DNA from: Candidatus Omnitrophota bacterium
Lineage (GTDB): Bacteria > Omnitrophota > Gorgyraeia > Gygaellales > Profunditerraquicolaceae
Reading direction: 5' to 3'
DNA: 58,678 bases
Assembly: GCA_026387435.1 (NCBI GenBank)
Contig: JAPLLS010000046.1
Location: 1 to 58,678 of the forward strand
Shown here: positions 1 to 10,421 of the stretch, piece by piece
How the letters are laid out: every line of letters begins with the position of its first letter
How positions within the stretch are numbered: position 1 is the stretch's first letter
The notes under the pieces: model-generated
Told to the model about the DNA's origin: nothing
What the model saw: the letters and a program-made list of their open reading frames with translations, nothing else
Database searches by the model: none
Position numbers and translations under genes: made by a program

Positions 1-2
1 TC

Positions 3-434
3 AGCGCCAAGGGCGATCTGAAAGTGGATATCCATCATACTAACGAAGATATCGGCTTGGTTTTAGGCCAGGCATTTAGAAAAGCTCTTGAGGAGAAAAA
101 AGGAATAAAGCGCATCGGTTTCGCGGCGGTCCCCATGGAAGAAGTGGTCGGTAATGTGATCCTGGACATAAACGGACGGGGATTTTTTGATTTGAAGATG
201 GATGGGGCGGCTGACAAAAAAGAAGGCTATGAAATAGAATACGCCAAGCATTTTTTTGAAGGCTTTGCCAAGCAATTAGGGATGAATCTGAACATCCGGA
301 TCGACAGCACTAATCTGGATTTGCACGCGACTCTCGAGCCCGTATTTAAAGCTTTAGGGGTGGCGCTGGACCAGGCTACCCAGATCGATCCCCGCCGAAA
401 GGGCATCCCTTCAACCAAAGGCGTAATCGATTAG
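3..434 (+). CDS. hisB: Imidazoleglycerol-phosphate dehydratase (5' partial)
   Basis: GDLKVDIHHTNED motif and C-terminal IPSTKG; frame is open to the window start. Confidence 0.93.
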   Translation, partial: SAKGDLKVDIHHTNEDIGLVLGQAFRKALEEKKGIKRIGFAAVPMEEVVGNVILDINGRGFFDLKMDGAADKKEGYEIEYAKHFFEGFAKQLGMNLNIRIDSTNLDLHATLEPVFKALGVALDQATQIDPRRKGIPSTKGVID

Positions 435-461
435 CTTCGGTTATTTATAGGTAGATGATCT

Positions 462-1070
462 ATGATCGCGATAATAGATTACGGAATGGGCAACATCCAC
501 AGCGTCAAAAAAGCCCTTGAGGCTAAAGGCGCCAAGGTCGTGGTGACCAGTAATATCCATGAGATCAAAAGGGCGGATAAATTGGTTTTGCCCGGAGTAG
601 GCGCTTTCGGCGACGCTATGGCCGAGCTGCAAAAGCGCAGCTTAGTAGTTGCAATAGCCGAGCATATTCACGATAAGAAAGTATTTCTGGGCATCTGCCT
701 GGGCATGCATTTATTGTTCGAGTCCAGCGCGGAATCTTTGGGTGTGGCGGGAATGGGGTTTTTAAAGGGAAAGGTCGAGAAATTTAAGAGTATAGATCAT
801 CTCAAAATCCCCCATATGGGCTGGAACCAGATCAAGATCAGAAAGACCAGCTGCCCGCTTTTTAAAGAGCTGAAAGAGGCCAGCGAAGTGTATTTTTGCC
901 ACTCCTATTTCCCTAAGCCGCAAGACTTAGAGATCGTCGCCGCGAGCACGGAATACGGGGAAGATTTCGCGTCGATCGTCTGGAAGGAAAATATCTTCGC
1001 CACCCAGTTCCATCCGGAAAAAAGCCAGGCAGCCGGCCTTAAGATATTGGAAAATTTTGTCAATTTATAA
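462..1070 (+). CDS. hisH: Imidazole glycerol phosphate synthase glutaminase subunit
   Basis: IIDYGMGN, LPGVGAF, GICLG, PHMGWN and QFHPEKS motifs. Confidence 0.97.
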   Translation: MIAIIDYGMGNIHSVKKALEAKGAKVVVTSNIHEIKRADKLVLPGVGAFGDAMAELQKRSLVVAIAEHIHDKKVFLGICLGMHLLFESSAESLGVAGMGFLKGKVEKFKSIDHLKIPHMGWNQIKIRKTSCPLFKELKEASEVYFCHSYFPKPQDLEIVAASTEYGEDFASIVWKENIFATQFHPEKSQAAGLKILENFVNL

Positions 1071-1082
1071 TAGGGAGAACCT

Positions 1083-1826
1083 ATGATCATTATCCCGGCA
1101 ATAGATCTTAAAGATGGAAATGTAGTCCGGCTTTTTCAGGGTAAGCTTGATGCCAGCAATGTTTATTCTCACTCCCCGGTTACAATTGCCCGCCATTGGC
1201 AGAAACAGGGCGCGCAGCTTATCCATGTGGTTGACCTCGACGGTGCTTTCAGCGGAGAGATCAAAAACTGGCATGCCCTCAAAGAGATCATCAAGTCGGT
1301 GGACGTGCCTATCGAATTCGGGGGAGGGGTGAGGAGTCTGGAAACCATAAATTCACTTTTTGAATCCGGGGTAAGCCGGGTGGTCCTGGGCACTAAGGCG
1401 GCAGAAGACCGTGTTTTTCTCAAAAAAGCTTTTGAAAAATTCCAACAAAGAATAATCGTCAGCATTGACGCGAAAAAAGGCAAAGTTTTGACCGAGGGCT
1501 GGCAGAGCGCAAAAAAGGATCTAAGCGCAGTGGATTTTGCCTGCCAATTGAAAGAAATCGGATTTGCCGAGTTGATCTATACCGATATCTTGAAAGACGG
1601 GACTTTACAGGGGCCGAATTTCGAAGGAATAAAGAATATTTTTGAAAAATCCGGTTGCAAGGTAGTGGCTTCGGGAGGAGTATCCAGCCTCGACGATATC
1701 TCCCGGCTTAAAGATCTGGAAAGAGACGGAGTGGTAGGGGTAATAATCGGAAAAGCTTTATATGAGGAAAAATTCAGCTTAAAAGAAGCTATCAGTTTAT
1801 CTGATAAAAAAGGAGGAGTAAAATGA
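1083..1826 (+). CDS. hisA: ProFAR isomerase
   Basis: IIPAIDL, HVVDLDGA, GGGVR and TDILKDGT motifs. Confidence 0.97.
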   Translation: MIIIPAIDLKDGNVVRLFQGKLDASNVYSHSPVTIARHWQKQGAQLIHVVDLDGAFSGEIKNWHALKEIIKSVDVPIEFGGGVRSLETINSLFESGVSRVVLGTKAAEDRVFLKKAFEKFQQRIIVSIDAKKGKVLTEGWQSAKKDLSAVDFACQLKEIGFAELIYTDILKDGTLQGPNFEGIKNIFEKSGCKVVASGGVSSLDDISRLKDLERDGVVGVIIGKALYEEKFSLKEAISLSDKKGGVK

Positions 1827-2210
1827 AAAAGGGTCCAGTTTTTATTCTAGGGTTGGGAGTAACGGTTTTATTCTTATCGGGTTGTGCCACTACGGGCAGG
1901 AATGTCACCCAGGAAAACGATAATCTTAAGATCCAGATCCAGAATCTCGAAACCCAGATGCAGAAAAAAGACGCGGAAATCGATAGCCTCAGGAGATCTT
2001 TAAGCTCAACCACGGAAGAAAAATATAATCCAGACAGCTTTAAAGAATGCCGGTTTTGATCCCGGGTCTGCCGACGGCAAGCTGGGAAAAAAGACCCGCC
2101 AAGCGATCAGGGATTTTCAGAGGGCTAACGGGCTGGATGCCGACGGAAAAGTAGGCAAGAGAACCTGGGAAGTATTAGCGCCTTATCTGGAAAAAGCAGC
2201 TTCTAATTAA
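1823..2210 (+). pseudogene. Lipoprotein with coiled coil and C-terminal peptidoglycan-binding domain, frameshifted near 2027
   Basis: Lipobox LSGC. After EEKY a different frame encodes IQTALKNAGFDPGSADGKLGKKTRQAIRDFQRANGLDADGKVGKRTW (PG_binding_1-like), ending at TAA 2208-2210, which overlaps the hisF ATG. Confidence 0.8.
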
Positions 2211-2968
2211 TGTTAAATAAAAGAATAATTCCCTGCCTGGATATCAAAGGGGGGAGGGTAGTCAAAGGGGTGAAGTTCTTGGGGCTGCGGGATGCCGGAG
2301 ATCCGGTCGAGGTGGCCAGGGCATACGATTCTCAAGGAGCGGATGAGCTGGTATTTCTGGATATCATTGCCAGTTTCGAGAACCGTAAGACCTTGATCGG
2401 CCTGGTGGAAAAGATCGCGGAAAATATTTTCATGCCTTTTACGGTCGGAGGTGGCATAAGCGGTGTCGATGACATCCGCTGCCTGCTCAGTGCCGGGGCG
2501 GACAAAGTTTCCATCAATACTGCAGCGGTAAGATTCCCGGAACTGATCAAAGACTCATCAACGCGGTTCGGATCCCAGTGCATCGTGGTGGCTATTGACG
2601 CTAAGAAACTAAAAGACGCCAAGTGGGAAGTTTTTATTCACGGGGGCAGGACCCCCACGGGGCTTGACGCCGTGGAGTGGGCAAAAGCGGCTTCCCGGCT
2701 GGGAGCGGGCGAGATTCTATTGACGAGCATGGATTGCGACGGGACTAAAGACGGCTATGATTTGGAACTGACCAGGGCCGTAAGCTCTGCGGTAAATATC
2801 CCCGTTATCGCTTCCGGAGGCGCGGGAAAGCTGGAGCATTTCTACGAAGTTTTTACCAAGGCCGGAGCCGACGCCGGGCTGGCGGCATCTTTATTTCATT
2901 ACGGTGAGCTTTCAGTCAAAGATGTAAAAAAATATTTAAAAAACAAAGGAGTGGCAATAAGAACATGA
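2210..2968 (+). CDS. hisF: Imidazole glycerol phosphate synthase cyclase subunit
   Basis: [31 protein letters not shown] motifs. Confidence 0.97.
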   Translation: MLNKRIIPCLDIKGGRVVKGVKFLGLRDAGDPVEVARAYDSQGADELVFLDIIASFENRKTLIGLVEKIAENIFMPFTVGGGISGVDDIRCLLSAGADKVSINTAAVRFPELIKDSSTRFGSQCIVVAIDAKKLKDAKWEVFIHGGRTPTGLDAVEWAKAASRLGAGEILLTSMDCDGTKDGYDLELTRAVSSAVNIPVIASGGAGKLEHFYEVFTKAGADAGLAASLFHYGELSVKDVKKYLKNKGVAIRT

Positions 2969-3300
2969 AAAAAAACATCGCGTTTGACCTAAAAGCCCTT
3001 AAGTACGACAAAAAAGGATTGATCCCGGCTATAATCCAGGATTACAAGAACGGCGAAGTCTTAATGATCGCTTACATGAACTTGGAATCGCTGAGAAGGA
3101 CTATTAAATTGGGCAAGACCTGTTTCTGGTCAAGGTCGAGAAAGGAATATTGGCTCAAGGGCGAGACCTCGGGCCATTTTCAATTCGTCAAATCCGTCTC
3201 CTACGACTGCGACATGGATGCGCTATTGATCAAAGTCCGCCAGGTCAAAGCCGCATGTCATACAGGTAACAGATCATGTTTTTACAGGAGGATAGTTTGA
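2965..3300 (+). CDS. hisI: Phosphoribosyl-AMP cyclohydrolase
   Basis: [25 protein letters not shown] motifs. Confidence 0.96.
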   Translation: MKKNIAFDLKALKYDKKGLIPAIIQDYKNGEVLMIAYMNLESLRRTIKLGKTCFWSRSRKEYWLKGETSGHFQFVKSVSYDCDMDALLIKVRQVKAACHTGNRSCFYRRIV

Positions 3301-4661
3301 TCCGTCCCTCATTACCGGAATTTATTCAATTAGCCGGGAAATCGAACGTTATCCCGATCTATAAAGAAGTCAGCGCCGACCTGGATACTCCGGTTTCCAG
3401 TTTTTTGAAGCTGCACAAGGACGAGTACGCATTTTTACTGGAATCGGTGGAAGGCCGGGAGAAGATCGCCCGTTATTCGTTCCTGGGGACCAGGCCCAGC
3501 CTGGTTTTTAGAAGCAAAGGAAACCTCATCGAGATCAACTGCCGGGATAAATCTGCCTGTGCTTGCCTAAGCCTCTGCGGCAGCGAAAAAGATCACTGCA
3601 GTTTTAAAACCGATTCCGACCCCCTGGCCGTGATCGAAAAGCTGATGTCCGGGTTTAAGCCGGCCCAGGTCCCGGGCCTGCCGCGTTTCTACGGCGGGTT
3701 AGTCGGGTTCATGGGCTATGACTGCGTCAGGTTTTTTGAAAAGCTTCCGGACAAGAATCCCGATGACCTTAAATTGCCGGATTCCGTTTTCATCCTTACC
3801 GAAACGATCCTGCTCTTTGACCACATTAACCATACCATAAAAATAGTTTCGAATTGTTTCCTGCCTCAGTATGGCAAGAAGCTTACCCAGGGGGTGGCGA
3901 AAAAGGTTTACGAACAGGCTTTAAAGAAGATCCGGGCTATTGAAGATGACCTGGCCCGGCCATTAAGCGGAAAAGGTATTGAAGTCAGGAAATCAGCTCC
4001 GAAAATAAAAATAACTTCTAATTTTGAAAAATCGGCATTTTGTGGTATAGTTAATAAAGCCAAAAGGCACATCCAAAAGGGCGATATCATCCAGGTTGTT
4101 TTATCCCAGAGATTTAAAGCCCGGATCCAGGAAAGAGGTAAAGACGAGACGCAGGACCGGGCTTTAGAGGTTGAGCTTTTAAACGACGCCAAAGAAAAAG
4201 CCGAACATTTGATGCTGGTCGATCAAGGCCGCAACGATATCGGCCGGGTTTGCCGGATCGGTTCGATCAAAGTCGATGATTTTATGTTCGTGGAGCGGTA
4301 TTCGCATGTAATGCATATCGTCAGTGAAGTCAGCGGCGTGCTGGACCGCAAAAATAACGCTTTTGATGTGCTCAGGGCCTGTTTTCCCGCGGGTACGGTT
4401 TCCGGAAGCCCGAAAGTCCGGGCCATGGAGATCATCGACGAGCTGGAAAATTCGCGGCGCGGCCCATACGCGGGATCTGTCGGATATTTCAGCTTCTCGG
4501 GAAATCTGGATACCTGCATAACCATCAGGACCATCTGCGTCAAAGGCAACACCGCCTACATTCAGGTAGGCGCCGGGATCGTAGCAGATTCCCGGGGTAA
4601 AAATGAGTATAACGAGACAGTCAATAAAGCGAAAGCTTTGTTCGAGGCAATAACAAAATAA
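3297..4661 (+). CDS. trpE: Anthranilate synthase component I family protein with an apparent in-frame internal deletion
   Basis: [28 protein letters not shown] motifs; TTG start after AGGAGG; the NPSPY...RPIAGT segment is missing. Confidence 0.85.
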   Translation: MIRPSLPEFIQLAGKSNVIPIYKEVSADLDTPVSSFLKLHKDEYAFLLESVEGREKIARYSFLGTRPSLVFRSKGNLIEINCRDKSACACLSLCGSEKDHCSFKTDSDPLAVIEKLMSGFKPAQVPGLPRFYGGLVGFMGYDCVRFFEKLPDKNPDDLKLPDSVFILTETILLFDHINHTIKIVSNCFLPQYGKKLTQGVAKKVYEQALKKIRAIEDDLARPLSGKGIEVRKSAPKIKITSNFEKSAFCGIVNKAKRHIQKGDIIQVVLSQRFKARIQERGKDETQDRALEVELLNDAKEKAEHLMLVDQGRNDIGRVCRIGSIKVDDFMFVERYSHVMHIVSEVSGVLDRKNNAFDVLRACFPAGTVSGSPKVRAMEIIDELENSRRGPYAGSVGYFSFSGNLDTCITIRTICVKGNTAYIQVGAGIVADSRGKNEYNETVNKAKALFEAITK

Positions 4662-4683
4662 CAATAATAAGAGGAGGATACAA

Positions 4684-4944
4684 ATGGCAGTAAGAATACG
4701 TTTAAGAAGGATCGGTAAAAATCCCATTAAGAAGCCGCATTTCCGGGTTACGGTTTTCGACGAACGCACCACCCGTGACGGCAGGTTTATCGAGGAATTG
4801 GGCTATTATAATCCCATTTCCAAATCGGTGAAAGTCGATTTAGAGCGGTACAATTACTGGCTGACCAAGGGCGCGCTGCCTACGCTGGCGGTTAAGACCG
4901 TAGTCAAGAACGCGATCAAGAAAAATACCCCAAAGGAGTCTTAA
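4684..4944 (+). CDS. rpsP: 30S ribosomal protein S16
   Basis: [11 protein letters not shown]...[14 protein letters not shown]. Confidence 0.96.
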   Translation: MAVRIRLRRIGKNPIKKPHFRVTVFDERTTRDGRFIEELGYYNPISKSVKVDLERYNYWLTKGALPTLAVKTVVKNAIKKNTPKES

Positions 4945-4945
4945 T

Positions 4946-5248
4946 ATGCCTACACAGACAGCTGCGGTAAATCCTATTCTGCAATTAGTGCCATTTATTT
5001 TTATTTTTGCGATCTTTTATTTCATGATTATCATGCCGCAGAGAAAGCAGCAAAAAGAGCACCGTAACCTGCTTGCCAATCTAAAAAAGAACGACGAGGT
5101 GGTGACCGCCAGCGGCATACACGGGACTATCATCAACGTCAAGGATACTACCGTTATTTTAAGGGTAGACGATAACGTCAAGATAGAGGTGGAAAAAATC
5201 TCTATCGCCGCTTTGAAAAACATACCTAGTACAACTCAAGGGAAATAA
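4946..5248 (+). CDS. yajC: Preprotein translocase subunit YajC
   Basis: TM followed by PQRKQQK and LKKNDEVVTASGIHG; precedes secDF. Confidence 0.95.
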   Translation: MPTQTAAVNPILQLVPFIFIFAIFYFMIIMPQRKQQKEHRNLLANLKKNDEVVTASGIHGTIINVKDTTVILRVDDNVKIEVEKISIAALKNIPSTTQGK

Positions 5249-5249
5249 G

Positions 5250-7457
5250 ATGGACAAAAAACTTATTGTAAAGATCGGTTTGGTTCTAGCTGTTATCGGG
5301 CTATGTATTTATTATTCTTTTCCTTTAGATAAAAGGATAAACCTCGGCCTGGATTTAAAAGGCGGGATGCATCTTCTTTTAAAGGTAGATACCAGCAATT
5401 TAAGCGGAAAGGCTAAAGATGACGCCGCTGACCGGGCGATCGAGGTCGTCCGTAACCGTATCGACGAATTCGGGGTCAGGGAAACCTCGATCGCCAAACA
5501 GGGCGAAGACGAGATCGTGGTCCAGCTTCCCGGAATCACTGACCGCGAACGGGCTTTGGAGATCATCGGCCGGACCGCGCTTTTGGAATTTAAACTGGTT
5601 TCTCAGGACCAGGAGAAATTAAAGGCGGCTTTGGACGGTAAAGTCCCCGAGGGTTTCGAGTTAAAACGTTCGGAGGAAGATTCCGAGACGCTCTTGCTGG
5701 AAGCGAAAGCTGTTCTTACCGGTGATTCTTTAACCAACGCCGAAGTGCATTTCAGTTCCGGGGACTTTGGCGAGCCGGCAGTCGGTTTGAAATTCAACGC
5801 TGACGGCGCCAAAAAATTCGCCGATCTGACCGCGGCTAACGTCGGCCGGAGGCTGGCCATTGTTTTGGACGGCAAGATCCAATCCGCACCCCGGATCAGG
5901 GAAGCGATTCCCTCGGGCGAAGCGGTGATCAGCGGACATTTTGATGTCGAACAGGCTCAGGATCTATCGGTAATCCTGCGCGTAGGCGCGCTTCCCGCGC
6001 CGATGAAAGTCGAGGAAGAAAGGACTGTCGGGCCTTTATTAGGCCAGGATTCCATTAACAGCGGGGTCAAAGCCGCTTTAATCGGAGTCAGCCTGGTTTT
6101 CTTAGTAATGATCATATATTACTTTCTTGCCGGATTTATTTCCGATATCGCTTTATTCTTGAACCTTATAATGACCCTTGGGATTTTGGGGATGCTCAAA
6201 GATATCCTGGGATCGGGAGCTTCAGTTACTTTGACTTTACCCGGCATCGCCGGTATTGCTTTGTCATTGGGTATGGCCGTGGATGCCAATGTCCTTATCA
6301 ACGAACGGATCCGGGAAGAATTAGCAATAGGCAGGAATTTGCGCACGGCTATCGCTAACGGTTATCAAAAAGCCTTTAGCGCGATCTTTGATTCTAACCT
6401 TACTACTTTGATCGCGGCGTTCCTTTTGTTCCAATTCGGCACCGGGCCGATCCGGGGTTTCGCGATCACTTTGACCATCGGTTTGTTGACCAGCATGTTC
6501 ACGGCGATCGTGGTCACCCGCACAATATTCGAGGTTTTGCTGCATTTTAACCTGATCAAGTCCTTGCCGATGTTAAAGCTGTTCAAGGAACCGAAATTTG
6601 ATTATATCGGAAAGAGAAAGATTTTCTACGCCATTTCCGTGCTGGTTATCGGCATAGGGCTGTTTTCTTATTTTTCCAAAGGAAAACAGGCTTTCGGCAT
6701 AGATTTCGCCGGAGGCCAGTTACAGGAATACAGTTTTAAGGATACGGTTAACGTGGAAAAGGTCCGCAGTGTGTTAAAAGAGCTTAACCTGGCCGACGCC
6801 TCTTTGCAGCAGTATAAAGATCAACCCAAAGTGCTCTTGATCCGCACCGCGCAAGATAAAAATACCGAGATCACCGCGAAATTAAAACAGGCTTTTCCTG
6901 CTGAAGACATTCAGGTGCTTAAAATAGAGCGGGTCGGGCCGGTAGCCGGGAAACACCTTCAGGATAAGGCCGTCAAAGCTTTAATTTGGTCTTTGATCGG
7001 GATCCTGATCTATGTGGCTTTCCGGTTCAAGCATTTCAATTTCGCGATCGCCGGTGTTATCGCTCTTCTGCATGACGTTTTGGTGGCTGTCGGAGGCTTG
7101 GCTATTACCGGCAGGCAGATCGACCTCTTGTCGGTTACCGCGTTATTGACTATTGCCGGTTATTCCATCAACGACACCATTGTTATTTATGACCGGGTCA
7201 GGGAGAATATGGCTTTACAGAGGAAAATGAGCCTGGCCGAGGTGATTAACTTAAGCGTAAACCAGTGTATGTCCCGGACGATCCTTACATCAGGAGTCAC
7301 TTTATTGGTGGTCTTCGCGATATTCTTTTATGGCGGAGAAATTTTGAGCAATTTTGCCTATACCCTGATAGTCGGGTTCATCTCCGGCGTATACTCTACG
7401 GTATTTATTGCTTCGCCTCTGATTTTAGCTTGGAGCCGGGTGAGAGGAAAAAAATAA
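5250..7457 (+). CDS. secDF: Fused protein translocase SecDF
   Basis: LGLDLKGG, GMAVDANVLINERIRE, GIDFAGG and GYSINDTIVIYDRVRE in one ORF. Confidence 0.96.
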   Translation: MDKKLIVKIGLVLAVIGLCIYYSFPLDKRINLGLDLKGGMHLLLKVDTSNLSGKAKDDAADRAIEVVRNRIDEFGVRETSIAKQGEDEIVVQLPGITDRERALEIIGRTALLEFKLVSQDQEKLKAALDGKVPEGFELKRSEEDSETLLLEAKAVLTGDSLTNAEVHFSSGDFGEPAVGLKFNADGAKKFADLTAANVGRRLAIVLDGKIQSAPRIREAIPSGEAVISGHFDVEQAQDLSVILRVGALPAPMKVEEERTVGPLLGQDSINSGVKAALIGVSLVFLVMIIYYFLAGFISDIALFLNLIMTLGILGMLKDILGSGASVTLTLPGIAGIALSLGMAVDANVLINERIREELAIGRNLRTAIANGYQKAFSAIFDSNLTTLIAAFLLFQFGTGPIRGFAITLTIGLLTSMFTAIVVTRTIFEVLLHFNLIKSLPMLKLFKEPKFDYIGKRKIFYAISVLVIGIGLFSYFSKGKQAFGIDFAGGQLQEYSFKDTVNVEKVRSVLKELNLADASLQQYKDQPKVLLIRTAQDKNTEITAKLKQAFPAEDIQVLKIERVGPVAGKHLQDKAVKALIWSLIGILIYVAFRFKHFNFAIAGVIALLHDVLVAVGGLAITGRQIDLLSVTALLTIAGYSINDTIVIYDRVRENMALQRKMSLAEVINLSVNQCMSRTILTSGVTLLVVFAIFFYGGEILSNFAYTLIVGFISGVYSTVFIASPLILAWSRVRGKK

Positions 7458-7487
7458 TCTTCGAGCTGGTGATGTTTTTTAAAAAAT

Positions 7488-7527
7488 AAAAAATCGTCCG
7501 TCAAATACCATGGCGGACGATTTTTTT
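7488..7527. terminator. Intrinsic terminator, probably bidirectional
   Basis: A6-TCGTCCGTCA-loop-TGGCGGACGA-T7 downstream of secDF. Confidence 0.8.
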
Positions 7528-7549
7528 CCAAATAACCGATACCGACCGA

Positions 7550-7589
7550 TACAACCTCGTAGGTTGTACTTTGTACAACCTACGAGGTT
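7550..7589. repeat. REP-like palindrome doublet (TACAACCT-CGT-AGGTTGTA in inverted pair)
   Basis: AACCTCGTAGGTTGTAC-ttt-GTACAACCTACGAGGTT; the same unit recurs at 20217-20239. Confidence 0.75.
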
Positions 7590-7610
7590 AGTGACGGTGG
7601 TGGTAAGGCA

Positions 7611-9503
7611 ATGTTTAAATCCCTTAAAATCTTTAGCGGTGGTCACGCCAACCTGGATTATATCTGTAATACTCTGGTCAGTTTTGGGTATAAACGCCAG
7701 GACGCGGTCATGGAAGAAGGAGAGTTTTCCCTGCGCGGGGGGATCATCGATGTTTTTCCTTTTACTTTTGAACTGCCTATCCGTATCGACATCGATCTGG
7801 ACAAAGTTCAAACGATCAAGTCTTTTGACCCTCACCAAGGAAAATCCCTCTGGGATCACAAAATAGCGATTATTCTGCCTTTTAAAAAATCTATCGCTTC
7901 CCGGTCAGCGGTCTTTAGCGAGAACTCCCCTTTAGAAAATTTTGTGGATATCAATATCGGCGATTATGTGGTGCATAATGAATACGGCATCGGCAGGTTC
8001 AAGGGGTTTGAGAAGATCAAAGTGCGCGACAAGCCCGTGGATAACCTGGTCATTGAATACGAAGGCCATGAAAAGCTTTATGTACCGACCGAGTCGATGC
8101 ATTTGGTCCAGAAATACATCGCTTTTGCCAGCCGCCGGCCCAAGCTGCACAAACTGGGGGGCAAAGAATGGCAGGGGATCAAGAACCGGACCAAAAAAGG
8201 GATCCAGAAATTAGCCTGGGATTTGCTTTCCTTGCAGGCCATGCGGATGAGCGCCAACGGGTTTGAATTTTCCAAGGATTGCGAATGGCAGTCTGAATTC
8301 GAAAAGACGTTCCCCTATAAGGAGACTCCTGACCAGGTAAAAGTGTGCCTCGAGGTCAAGCAGGATATGCAGCAGACTAAGCCGATGGACCGGCTTATTT
8401 GCGGGGATGTGGGTTACGGTAAAACTGAAGTGGCCATGCGCGCGGCTTTCAAGGCGGTAGTGGACAAAAAGCAGGTGGTCTACCTGGTGCCGACCACGAT
8501 CCTGGCCGAGCAGCATTATCAGAACTTCACCCAGCGGCTCAAGGATTTTCCGGTCAATGTCGAGATGCTTTCGCGTTTCCGCACTCACGCCCAGCAGCAG
8601 GAGATCATTAAGCGCCTGGCTAAGGGCGGGGTGGATATTGTCATCGGCACCCACCGTTTGCTTTCCGAAGACGTGGTTTTTAACGACCTGGGGCTGGTGA
8701 TCATTGACGAGGAACAGCGTTTTGGAGTTAAAGCCAAGGAAAAACTCAAGGCCCTCAGGCTGACTACGGATGTTTTGACTTTGACCGCGACTCCCATCCC
8801 CCGGACACTGTATATGAGTCTGATGGGCGCCAAGGACTTGTCAATGATCAATACTCCTCCAGAAAATAGGTTGCCTATAAAAACCATAGTGGTAGAATAT
8901 GATGAAGATTTGGTCCGGCAGGTGATCCAGAAAGAGCTGAATCGTAAAGGCCAGGTGTTCTTTTTGCATAACCGTATCGAGGATATTGAACATATCCGCG
9001 AAAAACTGGCCCGTATCTTGCCTTCCAGCGCCAGGATCGCCGTGGGCCACGGGCAAATGGCTTCCCGGGAGCTGGAAAAGGTCATGGCTGATTTTTTGTC
9101 CGGCAAGATCGACGTTTTTCTTTGCACGATGATCATTGAATCGGGTATTGATATTCCTAATGCCAATACTATTATAGTTAACAACGCTAACACCTTCGGT
9201 TTATCCGATTTGCACCAGTTGCGAGGCAGGGTGGGCAGGTTCAACCGTTCGGCCTATGCCTATTTTCTGGTTCCCCGCTCGGAAATAGTTTCTGCTGTAG
9301 CCGGTAAAAGGCTAAGTGCCATTCAGGAATACGCGCATCTGGGGGCGGGGTTTAAGATCGCCATGGAAGACCTGGAGATCAGGGGAGCCGGCAATCTTTT
9401 AGGGCTGGAGCAGCACGGATTTGTCAACGCCGTGGGGTTTGACCTGTACTGCCGGCTTCTAAGAGAGGCCATTAACACTTTAAAAACATTACCGCGAGGC
9501 TAA
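7611..9503 (+). CDS. mfd: Transcription-repair coupling factor, minimal 630 aa form
   Basis: GEFSLRGGIIDVFP (D2), GDYVVHNEYGIG (RID), GDVGYGKT, DEEQRFG, TATPIPRT, QLRGRVGR, DLEIRGAG motifs. Confidence 0.9.
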   Translation: MFKSLKIFSGGHANLDYICNTLVSFGYKRQDAVMEEGEFSLRGGIIDVFPFTFELPIRIDIDLDKVQTIKSFDPHQGKSLWDHKIAIILPFKKSIASRSAVFSENSPLENFVDINIGDYVVHNEYGIGRFKGFEKIKVRDKPVDNLVIEYEGHEKLYVPTESMHLVQKYIAFASRRPKLHKLGGKEWQGIKNRTKKGIQKLAWDLLSLQAMRMSANGFEFSKDCEWQSEFEKTFPYKETPDQVKVCLEVKQDMQQTKPMDRLICGDVGYGKTEVAMRAAFKAVVDKKQVVYLVPTTILAEQHYQNFTQRLKDFPVNVEMLSRFRTHAQQQEIIKRLAKGGVDIVIGTHRLLSEDVVFNDLGLVIIDEEQRFGVKAKEKLKALRLTTDVLTLTATPIPRTLYMSLMGAKDLSMINTPPENRLPIKTIVVEYDEDLVRQVIQKELNRKGQVFFLHNRIEDIEHIREKLARILPSSARIAVGHGQMASRELEKVMADFLSGKIDVFLCTMIIESGIDIPNANTIIVNNANTFGLSDLHQLRGRVGRFNRSAYAYFLVPRSEIVSAVAGKRLSAIQEYAHLGAGFKIAMEDLEIRGAGNLLGLEQHGFVNAVGFDLYCRLLREAINTLKTLPRG

Positions 9504-9505
9504 AT

Positions 9506-10420
9506 ATGAGGATGATCAACAATTGTCTTAAATTTTTAATTATTTTTTCTCTTATCAGCGGGTTTATTTCTTTTGCCCGGGCCGAAGAGAAGATCGTGGC
9601 CGTCGTCAATAACGAAATAATCACCCAGCGCGATCTGGAAGCCTTCCTGAATTTCATGCGCATACAGTTATCCAAAGAGTATTCGGCTAAGGAATTAGAC
9701 GAAAAGATCGCGGTGATGAAATCGGATCTCCTGGACCGTTTGATCGAGGACAGGCTGATCCTTCAGGAAGCCAGGAGAAATAACCTCAAGGCCGATGAAG
9801 GAAGGATCAAAGCTAAGATCGACGAACTCAAAAAGCGCTACGATTCGCCAACCGATTTCGAGAATTCTTTAAAAAACCAGGGGTTGGTGGAATCGGACTT
9901 GGAAGCCAGGGTCAGGGACCAGATCCTGATGTATAATATTGTCGAGGTAAAAATCAGGGATAAGATTGTGATCAAACCCGCGGAGATTACTGAATATTAC
10001 AACAAAAATACCTCCGAATTTAATCTTAGTGAGGAACGTGATTTTCATTCTCTGGCCGGCGCGGACGAATCCGATGCCCGTAAAGCCGTGGAGAGCCTTA
10101 AGCAGGGAAAAGACATGAAAACAGTGGCCAAGGAGACTGCGTTTAGTTTGAATGCTTTCAGCGCCCGTAAAAACGGGGAATTAAAGAAGGACGTGGAAGA
10201 TGTATTGTTTAGTTTAAATTCCGGCGAGGTATCCGACCCGATCAAGATCAAAGATAGTTATTATGTGTTTCAATTGTTTAAGATCAAACCCGCTCACCAG
10301 CAGGCTTTAAGCGAAGTGCAGGAAGCCATACACGCAACTCTCTATGAAAAGAAAATGCAGGAGGCCATGACCAAGTGGGTAGAGGAACTCAAGAAAAAGG
10401 CCTACCTTAAGAAAATATAA
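9506..10420 (+). CDS. SurA/PrsA-like peptidyl-prolyl isomerase chaperone
   Basis: Signal peptide, IVAVVNNEIIT, GEVSDPIK; mfd-surA-pdxA-rsmA synteny. Confidence 0.85.
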   Translation: MRMINNCLKFLIIFSLISGFISFARAEEKIVAVVNNEIITQRDLEAFLNFMRIQLSKEYSAKELDEKIAVMKSDLLDRLIEDRLILQEARRNNLKADEGRIKAKIDELKKRYDSPTDFENSLKNQGLVESDLEARVRDQILMYNIVEVKIRDKIVIKPAEITEYYNKNTSEFNLSEERDFHSLAGADESDARKAVESLKQGKDMKTVAKETAFSLNAFSARKNGELKKDVEDVLFSLNSGEVSDPIKIKDSYYVFQLFKIKPAHQQALSEVQEAIHATLYEKKMQEAMTKWVEELKKKAYLKKI

Positions 10421-10421
10421 A

